The notes beneath the pieces are model-generated. The model was not told where the DNA came from and did not search any database. It saw only the letters and a list, made by a program, of their open reading frames with translations. A DNA stretch of 58,656 bases from Leisingera sp. (lineage in GTDB: Bacteria > Pseudomonadota > Alphaproteobacteria > Rhodobacterales > Rhodobacteraceae), in assembly GCF_034669605.1 (NCBI RefSeq), contig NZ_JAXMOX010000001.1, forward strand, positions 1 through 58,656, in the 5' to 3' direction. The position numbers and the translations under genes were made by a program. Below are positions 47,231 to 55,551 of this stretch, piece after piece; position 1 is the stretch's first letter, and each line of letters starts with the position of its first letter.

Positions 47231-48505
47231 TCAGACAGCGTCCGCGCGGGGCTCGCCGGGACGGCGGTAGCCCTCATAGTGGCGCTGGATGGCGATCTGG
47301 TCGGCCACATGCTTGGCATCATGCCAGACCCCCCAGATAAAGGTCGAGCCGCGCCGCGTCTGCCAGGGCAGCCCCAGGAAATAGATCCCCGGCTCGGCCG
47401 ACACGCCGCGCTGATGCTGCGGGCGGCCTTGGGCGTCAAAGGCATCGACCTGCATCCAGCTGAAATCCTGGCGGAAACCGGTGGCCCAAAGGATCGTGCT
47501 GATGCCTTCCTCTGCCAGATCCAGCGCCCGCACCGGATCGGTCAGGCTTGCGGGGTCCGGGAACGAACGGCGCGCGTCCGGTTCCTCCGGCAGATCAATC
47601 CCGGTGCGCGCCACATAAGCGTCAGCCAGATCCAGCATCTTCAGGTAATCGGCGTCGCCGCTGGCGATGTTGTCCTGCAGATCAGCGGCAAAATTCAGCA
47701 CCCCGGCCTCATAGGATTCCGTCAGCCCCAGAAGGGTCACGCCCTCGCCGGCCAAGCGGCGGAAATCCATAGTCCGGCCGCCGTAGGCGCCGCTGACCGA
47801 GATCGTCACATGCTCCTTGCCCGGCTCCATCGCCGCCTGGTCCCACAGGCCCAAGACCCCCAGCCACCAGACAAAATCGCGGCCCCGGTACATCCGCGGC
47901 GGGCGGTCGTGCGGGCCGACCGACAGATACACCTTGCGGCCCGCCCGGTTCAGCTCATCGGCGATCTGTGCGCCGGAAGAGCCGGCACCGACCACCAGCA
48001 CGGCGCCTTCGGGCAGCTGCTCAGGGTTGCGGTAATGGAAGGAATGCAGCTGATTCACCTCGGCACTTTCCGGCACCAGCGGCGGGATCACCGGGTGCTG
48101 AAAGGCGCCGGTTGCAGCCACAATCCGCTGCGTCTCGATCACCCCGCCCGAGGTTTCGACCCGAAAACCGCCCTGCCCTTCGATCCGGGTGGCGCTGGTC
48201 ACCTCAACCCCGGTGCGGACGGGGGCCTTGATCCGTTCGGCATATTCGGCAAAGTAATCCGCCACCCTCTCCTTGCCGGCAAAGGCCTCAGGATCGGTGC
48301 CGGTGAATTCGAGATTGGGAAAGCGGTCATGCCAGGCCGGGCCGTTTGCCACCAGCGAATCCCAGCGCCCGGTGCGCCAGGCCTCGGCGATGCGGTTCTT
48401 TTCCAGCACCAGATGCGGCACGCCATGGCGGGTCAGATGCTCGCTCATGGCAACGCCCGCCTGACCCGCACCGACTACCAGCGTGTCTATCTTTTCAATC
48501 GCCAT
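47231..48505 (-). CDS. Flavin-containing monooxygenase-like protein (HinF-like)
   Basis: GAGQAG, RWDSL, ATG, QLHSFHYRNP, GAGSSG, WATG; ggagag RBS. Confidence 0.88.
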   Translation of the reverse strand: MAIEKIDTLVVGAGQAGVAMSEHLTRHGVPHLVLEKNRIAEAWRTGRWDSLVANGPAWHDRFPNLEFTGTDPEAFAGKERVADYFAEYAERIKAPVRTGVEVTSATRIEGQGGFRVETSGGVIETQRIVAATGAFQHPVIPPLVPESAEVNQLHSFHYRNPEQLPEGAVLVVGAGSSGAQIADELNRAGRKVYLSVGPHDRPPRMYRGRDFVWWLGVLGLWDQAAMEPGKEHVTISVSGAYGGRTMDFRRLAGEGVTLLGLTESYEAGVLNFAADLQDNIASGDADYLKMLDLADAYVARTGIDLPEEPDARRSFPDPASLTDPVRALDLAEEGISTILWATGFRQDFSWMQVDAFDAQGRPQHQRGVSAEPGIYFLGLPWQTRRGSTFIWGVWHDAKHVADQIAIQRHYEGYRRPGEPRADAV

Positions 48506-48613
48506 CCCGAAACCCTCTCCTGACACTGCGGCAAGGGCTGCCCCTGCCGGTCTTCCCCATCAGAAGTTCCACATTCCCGGGCCCGGAAAAAGAAACCTAT
48601 GGCTTACCTCTGC

Positions 48614-48628
48614 TTCGCGTGCGGCTAA
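48614..48628. promoter_or_regulatory. LysR-type box, copy 3 (upstream of the FMO operon)
   Basis: TTCG-cgtgcgg-CTAA, one mismatch to the palindrome. Confidence 0.55.
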
Positions 48629-48752
48629 TCAGGGAATTTCCGATTTTTTACAGTGCCTTGCCGGACAACAGCAGGCAATAGAAACCGCCCCGCCGCGTGA
48701 GCGGCAGAGCGGCTGGAGGCGCGGCTTGTTTTGATAACCTGCGCGGCGAAGG

Positions 48753-50216
48753 TCAGCGCATCACGAAGGGGTCTGGAATCGGATCGTCGCTGGTGCGCAG
48801 CCACACGGCCTTGACCTTGGTGTAATCCAGCGCCGCCTGCAGCCCGCCCTCACGCCCGTGGCCGGACAGCCCGTGACCGCCAAAGGGCGCAATCGGGCTG
48901 ACCGCGCGGTAGGTGTTGACCCAGACGATGCCCGCCCGGATGCCGCGGATCATCCGGTGTGCACGGGTCAGGTTCCGGGTGAACACCCCCGAGGCAAGCC
49001 CAAAGGCGGTGTTATTGGCAATCTCCAATGCCTCGGCCTCAGTCTCGAAGCTGACCACCGACAGGACCGGGCCAAAGAACTCTCTGCTGAGGCAGGGGGC
49101 CTCCGGCGCCTCCGAGCAGTCCAGAATGGTGGGCGGGAAATAGAAGCCCTCCCCCTCCACCGCCGCACCGCCGGTAACCAGCTTGGCGCCCGCCTGCAGA
49201 GAGGTCTGGATCAGCCGCAGCGCATGGTCGCGCTGTTTCAGGGTGCACAAGGGGCCGACTTCGGTGGCCATGTCCTGCGGCGCTCCGATCACCACGGCCT
49301 CGGCCTTTTTCTTGAGCCGGGCCAGAAAGGCATCCTTGATCCCCTTCTGGATCACCAGCCGCGAACCGGCAACGCAGCTTTGCCCTGTCGCCGCAAAGAT
49401 CCCTGAAACCTGCGCGTTCACTGCGCTTTCCAGATCGGCGTCGTCAAACACGATGAAGGGCGACTTGCCGCCCAGCTCCAGCGAGGTGGAGGCCAGATTT
49501 TCCGCCGAGTTGCGCACGATATGGCGCGCGGTCTCCGGCCCGCCGGTGAACGCCACATGGGCGACCTTTGCATGGCTGGTCAGCGCCGCCCCCGCCTCCG
49601 GCCCGCCGGTGATCACGTTCAGCACACCGGGTGGAAACCCCGCCTGATCAAAGATGCGGGCAAATTCCAGCATCGGCGCCGGGCCTTCCTCCGAGGCTTT
49701 CAGAACAACGGTGCAGCCCGCCGCCAGCGCCGGGCCGATTTTGACAGCGGACAGGAACAGCTGCGAATTCCACGGCACGATGGCGGCCACCACGCCGACT
49801 GGCTCACGCCGCAGCCAGACCTCCATATCGGGCTTGTCGATCGGCAGATGCGCGCCCTCGATCTTGTCCGCCAGCCCGGCGTAATAACGGTAGTATTCCG
49901 CCACATAAGCGATCTGCGCCGAGGTCTCGCGGATGATTTTGCCGGTGTCGCGGGTCTCCAGTTCCGCCAGCCGCGGGGCATTCTCCGCCACCAGATCGGC
50001 GAGCCGCAGCAACAGCTTGCCGCGCTGGGTGGCACTCATGCCCGCCCATTCCGGCGAGAAGAACGCCGCCTCCGCCGCCGTCACCGCCCGGCCCGCATCC
50101 GCCGGTGAGGCAGCGGGCATCTGCGCCCAAGCCGCGCCGGTGGCGGGATCAAGGCTTTCAAAAGTTTCGCCCGCATCCTCAAACGCGCCGCCGATATACT
50201 GCTGGAAGGTCTGCAT
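48753..50216 (-). CDS. tgnC: Aldehyde dehydrogenase, TgnC-like
   Basis: PWNSQL, LELGGKS, GQSCVAG, ends IPDPFVMR; located in a tgn-type cluster. Confidence 0.82.
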   Translation of the reverse strand: MQTFQQYIGGAFEDAGETFESLDPATGAAWAQMPAASPADAGRAVTAAEAAFFSPEWAGMSATQRGKLLLRLADLVAENAPRLAELETRDTGKIIRETSAQIAYVAEYYRYYAGLADKIEGAHLPIDKPDMEVWLRREPVGVVAAIVPWNSQLFLSAVKIGPALAAGCTVVLKASEEGPAPMLEFARIFDQAGFPPGVLNVITGGPEAGAALTSHAKVAHVAFTGGPETARHIVRNSAENLASTSLELGGKSPFIVFDDADLESAVNAQVSGIFAATGQSCVAGSRLVIQKGIKDAFLARLKKKAEAVVIGAPQDMATEVGPLCTLKQRDHALRLIQTSLQAGAKLVTGGAAVEGEGFYFPPTILDCSEAPEAPCLSREFFGPVLSVVSFETEAEALEIANNTAFGLASGVFTRNLTRAHRMIRGIRAGIVWVNTYRAVSPIAPFGGHGLSGHGREGGLQAALDYTKVKAVWLRTSDDPIPDPFVMR

Positions 50217-50244
50217 TGGCAGGCTCCTTTACTGGAAGGCCGGG

Positions 50245-51282
50245 TTACTGGAAGGCGGGCATCACGTCCGTAATGAACCGCTCTAGCGAGGCTTTCTTGC
50301 GCTCAAAACTCATACTGGAGTCGATCCAGAACGAGTATTCGTCATAGCCCAGGGCCTCGTATTTCTTCAGCCGCTCGACCACAGCTGCCGGTTCGCCGAT
50401 CACCAGGTCGCGCGCCATCGCCTCAGGCGAGTAGAACGGATGCGCGGCGATTTCCTCGTCTGACAGCGGATCAATCAGTCCCTGAGTGACGTCCCGCTTG
50501 TTCATGAACCAGGCGCCAAAGTAGTTGTAGAAGCGGTTCAGCTCCTCCGCCCCGCGTTTCACATCCTCGGCGCTGTCCGCCACATAGGTGTGCTGCAGCA
50601 GCATGATCTTCGGCCGCGGCACGTCCGCGTGTTTCTCGCAGGCGGCGTTGAACTTGCCCATCAGATCTTCAATCTCGCCGTCGCCCTGCCACAGCGGCGT
50701 CACCTGCACGTTGCAGCCATTGGCCACCGCGAATTCATGGCTGTTCGGGTCGCGCGCCGCGACCCAGATCGACGGACCGTTTTCCTGCACCGGCTTGGGC
50801 GAGGATGAGGTTTTCGGGAAAGAATGAAACTCCCCTTCCTGCGCATAATCACCCTGCCACAGACGCTGCACTGCCGGGATCAGCTCGCGCATCCGCTGGC
50901 CCGCCTCCCAGGCGTCCATGCCCGGCATCATGCGTTCGTATTCATAGGAATAAGCACCCCGTGCGATGCCCAGGTCCAGGCGGCCATTGGTAATGATATC
51001 GGTCATCGCCGCCTCGCCCGCCAGCCGGATCGGATGCCAGAACGGTGCAATCACCGTGCCTGTCCCCAGCCGCACATTCTTGGTGTGCCGCGCCACGTCG
51101 ATCAGGTTCAGGAACGGGTTCGGCGCGATAGTGAAATTCATCCCATGATGCTCACCGGTCCAGACCGCGTGCATACCGCCGTCATCGGCGATTTTGCACA
51201 GCTGGATGAACTCGTCATACAGCTGCTTCTGATCCTGATCCGCCGAAATCCGCTCCATATGCGCAAAAAGCGAAAACTTCAT
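50245..51282 (-). CDS. tgnB: Luciferase-like flavin monooxygenase, trigonelline oxygenase-like
   Basis: MKFSLFAHMER, WTGEHHGMNFTIAPNPF, GIARGAY, WVAARDPNSHEFAV closely match A. baylyi TgnB as I recall it. Confidence 0.82.
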   Translation of the reverse strand: MKFSLFAHMERISADQDQKQLYDEFIQLCKIADDGGMHAVWTGEHHGMNFTIAPNPFLNLIDVARHTKNVRLGTGTVIAPFWHPIRLAGEAAMTDIITNGRLDLGIARGAYSYEYERMMPGMDAWEAGQRMRELIPAVQRLWQGDYAQEGEFHSFPKTSSSPKPVQENGPSIWVAARDPNSHEFAVANGCNVQVTPLWQGDGEIEDLMGKFNAACEKHADVPRPKIMLLQHTYVADSAEDVKRGAEELNRFYNYFGAWFMNKRDVTQGLIDPLSDEEIAAHPFYSPEAMARDLVIGEPAAVVERLKKYEALGYDEYSFWIDSSMSFERKKASLERFITDVMPAFQ

Positions 51283-52205
51283 GAGCCCTTGCCCCCTGTC
51301 CCGACCGCGCGGACCTGCCCGCGGGTTTGGTTTCCATAATACACTCCGAAATTGCCCATCCGGCTTTCACTGGCGAACCGTTCCAGCATAGTGCAGACCG
51401 CCGCATCGGCGATGTCCATCAGCGTGGATTGGGTCAGCTGGGTGAAAGCGCCCTTGGCCGCTGTGCCCCCGGCGGATTGGCACAGAAACGAAATGTGCTG
51501 ATGTTCGCGCGCTTCGTCCTCGAATACCGAATAGATGAACCCCGGCTCCGCCGCGACGCCGGTTTCAGCAATCAGCCGGGCCAATGCCGCCGAGGCGCCC
51601 TCCTTGCCGACGCGGGTTTCCGGCAGGGTCAGCTTGCCCTGATCATTGCCCATCAGCAGCACCTTGCCCTCGTGTTCAATCAGGGCCGAGACGATCAGCT
51701 TGGCGCCCTGGCTCAGCGCTTCGGCCTCTGCCGCCGCGGTCACATAGGCGCCGCGGGCGTATCCCAGCCCCGGCGCGGGCGAGGTTTCAAACGCCTCCAC
51801 CCGGCCGATCAGGATCAGGTGGTCGCCCGCCTCCACAGTTTTGTGCATGGAGCAGTCGAACCAGGCGGAAACACCCTCGAACACCGGGCTGCCCGCTGGC
51901 CCCTTGCGCCATTCGACGGCGGCAAAGCGGTCCTCGACAGGCCGGGCAAAGCTGTTGGAGACATCCTTCTGATCTTCTGCCAGCACATTGACTGCAAAGC
52001 CCTCCGCCTGCTCGAAAGCGGCGTAATTGCTGGAGGAATTGGCCAGGCAGACCAGCACCAAGGGCGGATCCAGCGACACCGAAGTAAAAGAGTTGGCGGT
52101 AAATCCGATGGGATGGCCATCCGCATCCTGTGCCGTCACCACGGTGACACCGGTCATGAAAGTGCCAAAGGCATTGCGCAGGGCGCGCGGGTCGATCTCG
52201 CTCAT
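51279..52205 (-). CDS. tgnA: Flavin reductase with C-terminal extension, TgnA-like
   Basis: FMTGVTVVT, TANSFTSVSLDPPL, GDH; ATGA overlaps on both sides. Confidence 0.82.
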   Translation of the reverse strand: MSEIDPRALRNAFGTFMTGVTVVTAQDADGHPIGFTANSFTSVSLDPPLVLVCLANSSSNYAAFEQAEGFAVNVLAEDQKDVSNSFARPVEDRFAAVEWRKGPAGSPVFEGVSAWFDCSMHKTVEAGDHLILIGRVEAFETSPAPGLGYARGAYVTAAAEAEALSQGAKLIVSALIEHEGKVLLMGNDQGKLTLPETRVGKEGASAALARLIAETGVAAEPGFIYSVFEDEAREHQHISFLCQSAGGTAAKGAFTQLTQSTLMDIADAAVCTMLERFASESRMGNFGVYYGNQTRGQVRAVGTGGKGS

Positions 52206-53023
52206 GACGGCTCCTTTTCCGCTGATGCGTTCAGCCAGTCCCGCAGCGCCCTGTTGACCTCGGCGGGGGCAGTCAGGTTGACCATATGCCGGTGGCCTTC
52301 GATGACAACCGCGCGGCCTTGCGGCGCGGCATCAGCCATCCTCTGCGCCATGTCCGGCGTTGAGTTGGGATCGCCACCGCCGGTCAGCGCCAGCAGCGGG
52401 CAAGCGATGCCGCCGAACCCGTCCGCATAGGTGCTGTCGCCGCGGGCAAAGGCGGTGTAGGCCGCAGCGTAGCCTGCAAGGTTCACAGCCGACAGCCATT
52501 CCGCGACCTGTGCCCGCGCCGCCTGGTCCGCCGCACTTTCGCCGAACCAGCGGGTGAGCGGCGTTTCCAGATCAAAGCTGCCTGCGCGGATTTCGGCAGC
52601 GCGAGCTTCTACGGCTTGCCGCGCCTCAGGCAAACGCCGGAACACCCCATTCAGCAGCGCCACCCGCGCCACGTTCTCAGCATGGCAGACCGCATAGCCG
52701 CCGGCAATCAGCGCCCCCATGGAATGGCCGGCCAGCGACACCGGCCCCAGATCAAGCGCCTGCAGCACGGCGTGCAGCCAGTCCACATAATCCGGCAGCT
52801 CCGCGCCCTCAGGCAAGGGCACGCTGCCACCGTGGCCGGGCATATCCAGGGCAATCACCTTGTGGGTCAGGGACAGCGCCTCGATCTGCGGTGCCCAGGC
52901 TGCCGATTGCATGCCAACCCCGTGGATCAGCACCACCGGCGCCCGCAGCCCATCCCCCTGGCCCGCCCGTTGGCAGGTGACGGTGCCGTAAGGCTCAGAC
53001 AGCGGCAGGGTTGTCGGCGTCAT
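52202..53023 (-). CDS. tgnD: Alpha/beta hydrolase, TgnD-like
   Basis: IHGVG, DMPGHG, GHSMG, DPNS, RHM. Confidence 0.8.
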   Translation of the reverse strand: MTPTTLPLSEPYGTVTCQRAGQGDGLRAPVVLIHGVGMQSAAWAPQIEALSLTHKVIALDMPGHGGSVPLPEGAELPDYVDWLHAVLQALDLGPVSLAGHSMGALIAGGYAVCHAENVARVALLNGVFRRLPEARQAVEARAAEIRAGSFDLETPLTRWFGESAADQAARAQVAEWLSAVNLAGYAAAYTAFARGDSTYADGFGGIACPLLALTGGGDPNSTPDMAQRMADAAPQGRAVVIEGHRHMVNLTAPAEVNRALRDWLNASAEKEPS

Positions 53024-53597
53024 GGCCCAGTTCCTTCAGATCCTGATAGCGGTCGCCGATGCGGTGATGCGGGCGGCCGCCGATCGAGGCACCCAGCGCG
53101 ATCACAATCTCATCCGGGCCCGGCGCATCGGCCACCGACAGCTGGATGGTCAGGTAATGGCTGCGCCGCCCGCCGTCGTTCTTGTCCATCAGCGGGATCT
53201 GCAGCGGCGCATTGGCCGGGCCGCGGGTGTTGGTGAACGCCAGATAAGACTTCGCGCCCACCGCCTCGCGGAAATGATTACCGAAGCGCAGAGTGTGAAT
53301 GAGGGCCGAGGCGTGCTCGACCTCGCCGTTCACCCCGACGATGGCGGATTTGCCGTAGCCCTCAACCTTATCGCCGCCGCCTGCGGCCTTCAGAATCATC
53401 GCTGTCAGCTTTTCCCCCAGACCCGGCGCACAGTCGTGGATCGCCGGGCGCAAATCCTCGACAAACCCCTGTCCCGCCCAGGGGTTTTTGATCACCGCCA
53501 CCGCGGCAAACATCCTCAGCGGCGTCTCTGCTGCCTTGCCGCCCTCGATCAGGGTCTCTTCGGCATGCAGCAGTGTCTTGCGGATTTCAGCGGGCAT
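52995..53597 (-). CDS. 'Amino acid synthesis' family protein (DUF1185), TgnF-like
   Basis: AVIKNPWAG, YGKSAIVGVNGEVEHA, IPLMDK, RSHY, DEIVIA, GRP. Confidence 0.85.
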   Translation of the reverse strand: MPAEIRKTLLHAEETLIEGGKAAETPLRMFAAVAVIKNPWAGQGFVEDLRPAIHDCAPGLGEKLTAMILKAAGGGDKVEGYGKSAIVGVNGEVEHASALIHTLRFGNHFREAVGAKSYLAFTNTRGPANAPLQIPLMDKNDGGRRSHYLTIQLSVADAPGPDEIVIALGASIGGRPHHRIGDRYQDLKELGHDADNPAAV

Positions 53598-53633
53598 GGG
53601 CGGGTCTCTCGTATCTGATTCCAGTTGTCGTAA

Positions 53634-53647
53634 TATGGTATACCATA
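53634..53647. promoter_or_regulatory. GntR/FadR operator
   Basis: Perfect 14-bp palindrome TATGGTATACCATA between the divergent tgn-type operon and GntR. Confidence 0.8.
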
Positions 53648-53704
53648 AGACAGTATGTCAATGCAGACTTGTTCCGCCCCGCCCCGGCTGCTATCGGAGG
53701 ACCC

Positions 53705-54391
53705 ATGAACAGCCCCGTGAACCGTCCCGTGATGAGCAGAATAGACCAGCCGCCGCAGACCCTGCGCGACATCGTTCAGGAGCGGATGCGCGAGGCGATC
53801 ATCGCTGGCCAGTTCGCCCCGGGAGAGCGGCTGGTGGAGCGCCCCTTATGCGACCAGCTTGGTGTCAGCCGCACCGTGGTGCGCGAGACCATCCGCTATC
53901 TGGAAGCCGAGGGGCTGGTCGAGATCCTGCCCGGCAAAGGCCCGATTGTGGCGCAGCTCAGCTGGGAGGACGCGCGGCAGATCTACGACATCCGGCAGAT
54001 GCTGGAGACCGCCGCCGCCACAGCCTGCGCCCGGAACATGACGCCCGGCCTTTCCGGGGCGCTGCAGGATGCTTTGAAGGTGCTGCAGGAAGCGGTTGCC
54101 GCTGGCATTCCCGGTCCGATGCTGCGGGCCACCACCGAATTCTACCGGATCATATTCGAGGGCGCAGGCCACAGCGTCGCCTGGGAGATCGCCCAGCGTC
54201 TGAATGGCCGCATCAGCCGGTTGCGCGCAGTGACGCTCTCGACTGAAGAGCGTCAGAAACCCGGCCCCGCCCATATGCAGGAGATCTGCGGGGCCATTGT
54301 GTCAGGGGATGCAAAGGCTGCGCGGACCGCGATTGAGCGGCACCTTGAAGACGCCAAACGCACCGCGCAACGGCTGCTGCAGGAAGAATAG
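53705..54391 (+). CDS. GntR (FadR/FCD) regulator
   Basis: PGERLVERPLCDQLGVSRTVVRE; ggagg RBS before ATG 53705. Confidence 0.92.
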   Translation: MNSPVNRPVMSRIDQPPQTLRDIVQERMREAIIAGQFAPGERLVERPLCDQLGVSRTVVRETIRYLEAEGLVEILPGKGPIVAQLSWEDARQIYDIRQMLETAAATACARNMTPGLSGALQDALKVLQEAVAAGIPGPMLRATTEFYRIIFEGAGHSVAWEIAQRLNGRISRLRAVTLSTEERQKPGPAHMQEICGAIVSGDAKAARTAIERHLEDAKRTAQRLLQEE

Positions 54392-54494
54392 CCGGTCTTC
54401 TGCGGACAAAACTGCCTCGAAAATCACTGTTCATGGCTGAGATCCGCGCCGGATGTCAGCTTGCGGTCCGCATGGCCGCGGCGGCGGGCGGGGC

Positions 54495-55430
54495 TCATAT
54501 CCGCGGCGGCGGATCCAGGTCGGCACGGAACGGCGCCAGGCTGTCGGTGAAAGCGTCCAGAAAATCCAGCGCCAGCAGCGACCGGCTGCCCGACACCGGG
54601 CGCAGGATCGACAGCCGGTGAGGCAGTTCCGGGGCGAAGGGCACGATGGCAATGCCCTGGCCGCGAAATTGTTCGGCATCCAATGCGCTGACAACGGACG
54701 CCCCCTGCCCCTGGCCGACCATTATGCAGGCGGTGGAGAACTGGCGCACCTCAATCCAGCTGTTCAATTCCACCCCGGCTTCGGAAAACGATTTGTGCAG
54801 CTTGCGGAAAAACGGGCTGTCGCGCCTTGTGTGGATGATCTTGCGGTGCTGCAGGTCGCGGGGCGTGATAACATCCTGTTCTGCCAGCGGGTCATCCTGC
54901 GGCAGCACACAGACGGTGCGGATGGGCAGGTCGATGTTTTCCACCGCCGGATGGGCGGCAAACCCGTCGGTGATGCCGCAGTCATACTGCTCTCCGATGA
55001 TCCACTCCAGGATCCTCTCGGGCCGGTCCGGCTCCAGCGTCAGCCGCACGCCGGGGCGGTGCTCCAGAAACCCGGCCAGCAGTTTCGGCAGCAGCGCTGT
55101 TGCGAACCCCGGCAGGCAGGCGATGCGCAGATGGCCGGCGGTGCGCTCGGTCAAGTCCCGGTTGAGTTCCTCCAGATGGTTCAGACTGTCGAACACCCGG
55201 CCCACCTCGGACAGCAGATAGCGCGCCTCGGAGGTGGGAATCAGCAGCCCGTCCTTGCGGGTGAACAGATCCACCGCCACTGTTTTTGAAAAATCAGACA
55301 GCAGCCGGCTGGCCGCAGGCTGGGAAATCCCCAAGCTTTCAGCGGCGCGGGTGACGGAGCCGGTACGGGCAACGGCCTGAAAGGCCTCAAGCTGTCGAAG
55401 TTTGAATTTCAAGGGGTTAGCCGCTTTCAA
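54495..55430 (-). CDS. LysR-family regulator divergent from ugp
   Basis: KLRQLEAFQAVARTGSVTRAAESLGISQPAAS; start uncertain (TTG 55430 or 55412, ATG 55454). Confidence 0.88.
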   Translation of the reverse strand: MKAANPLKFKLRQLEAFQAVARTGSVTRAAESLGISQPAASRLLSDFSKTVAVDLFTRKDGLLIPTSEARYLLSEVGRVFDSLNHLEELNRDLTERTAGHLRIACLPGFATALLPKLLAGFLEHRPGVRLTLEPDRPERILEWIIGEQYDCGITDGFAAHPAVENIDLPIRTVCVLPQDDPLAEQDVITPRDLQHRKIIHTRRDSPFFRKLHKSFSEAGVELNSWIEVRQFSTACIMVGQGQGASVVSALDAEQFRGQGIAIVPFAPELPHRLSILRPVSGSRSLLALDFLDAFTDSLAPFRADLDPPPRI

Positions 55431-55450
55431 GAGAAGAGTAACGCGCCGCC

Positions 55451-55469
55451 TCATAACATTATGTTATGA
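55451..55469. promoter_or_regulatory. LysR binding site
   Basis: Perfect inverted repeat tcataacat-t-atgttatga containing T-N11-A. Confidence 0.75.
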
Positions 55470-55551
55470 TTTTTGTCAAAAAACTTTTGCTTGAATTATT
55501 TTACCCCCCGGACAAATGCTGTCGCCATAGCCAACCTTTGGAGAGAAGCTC

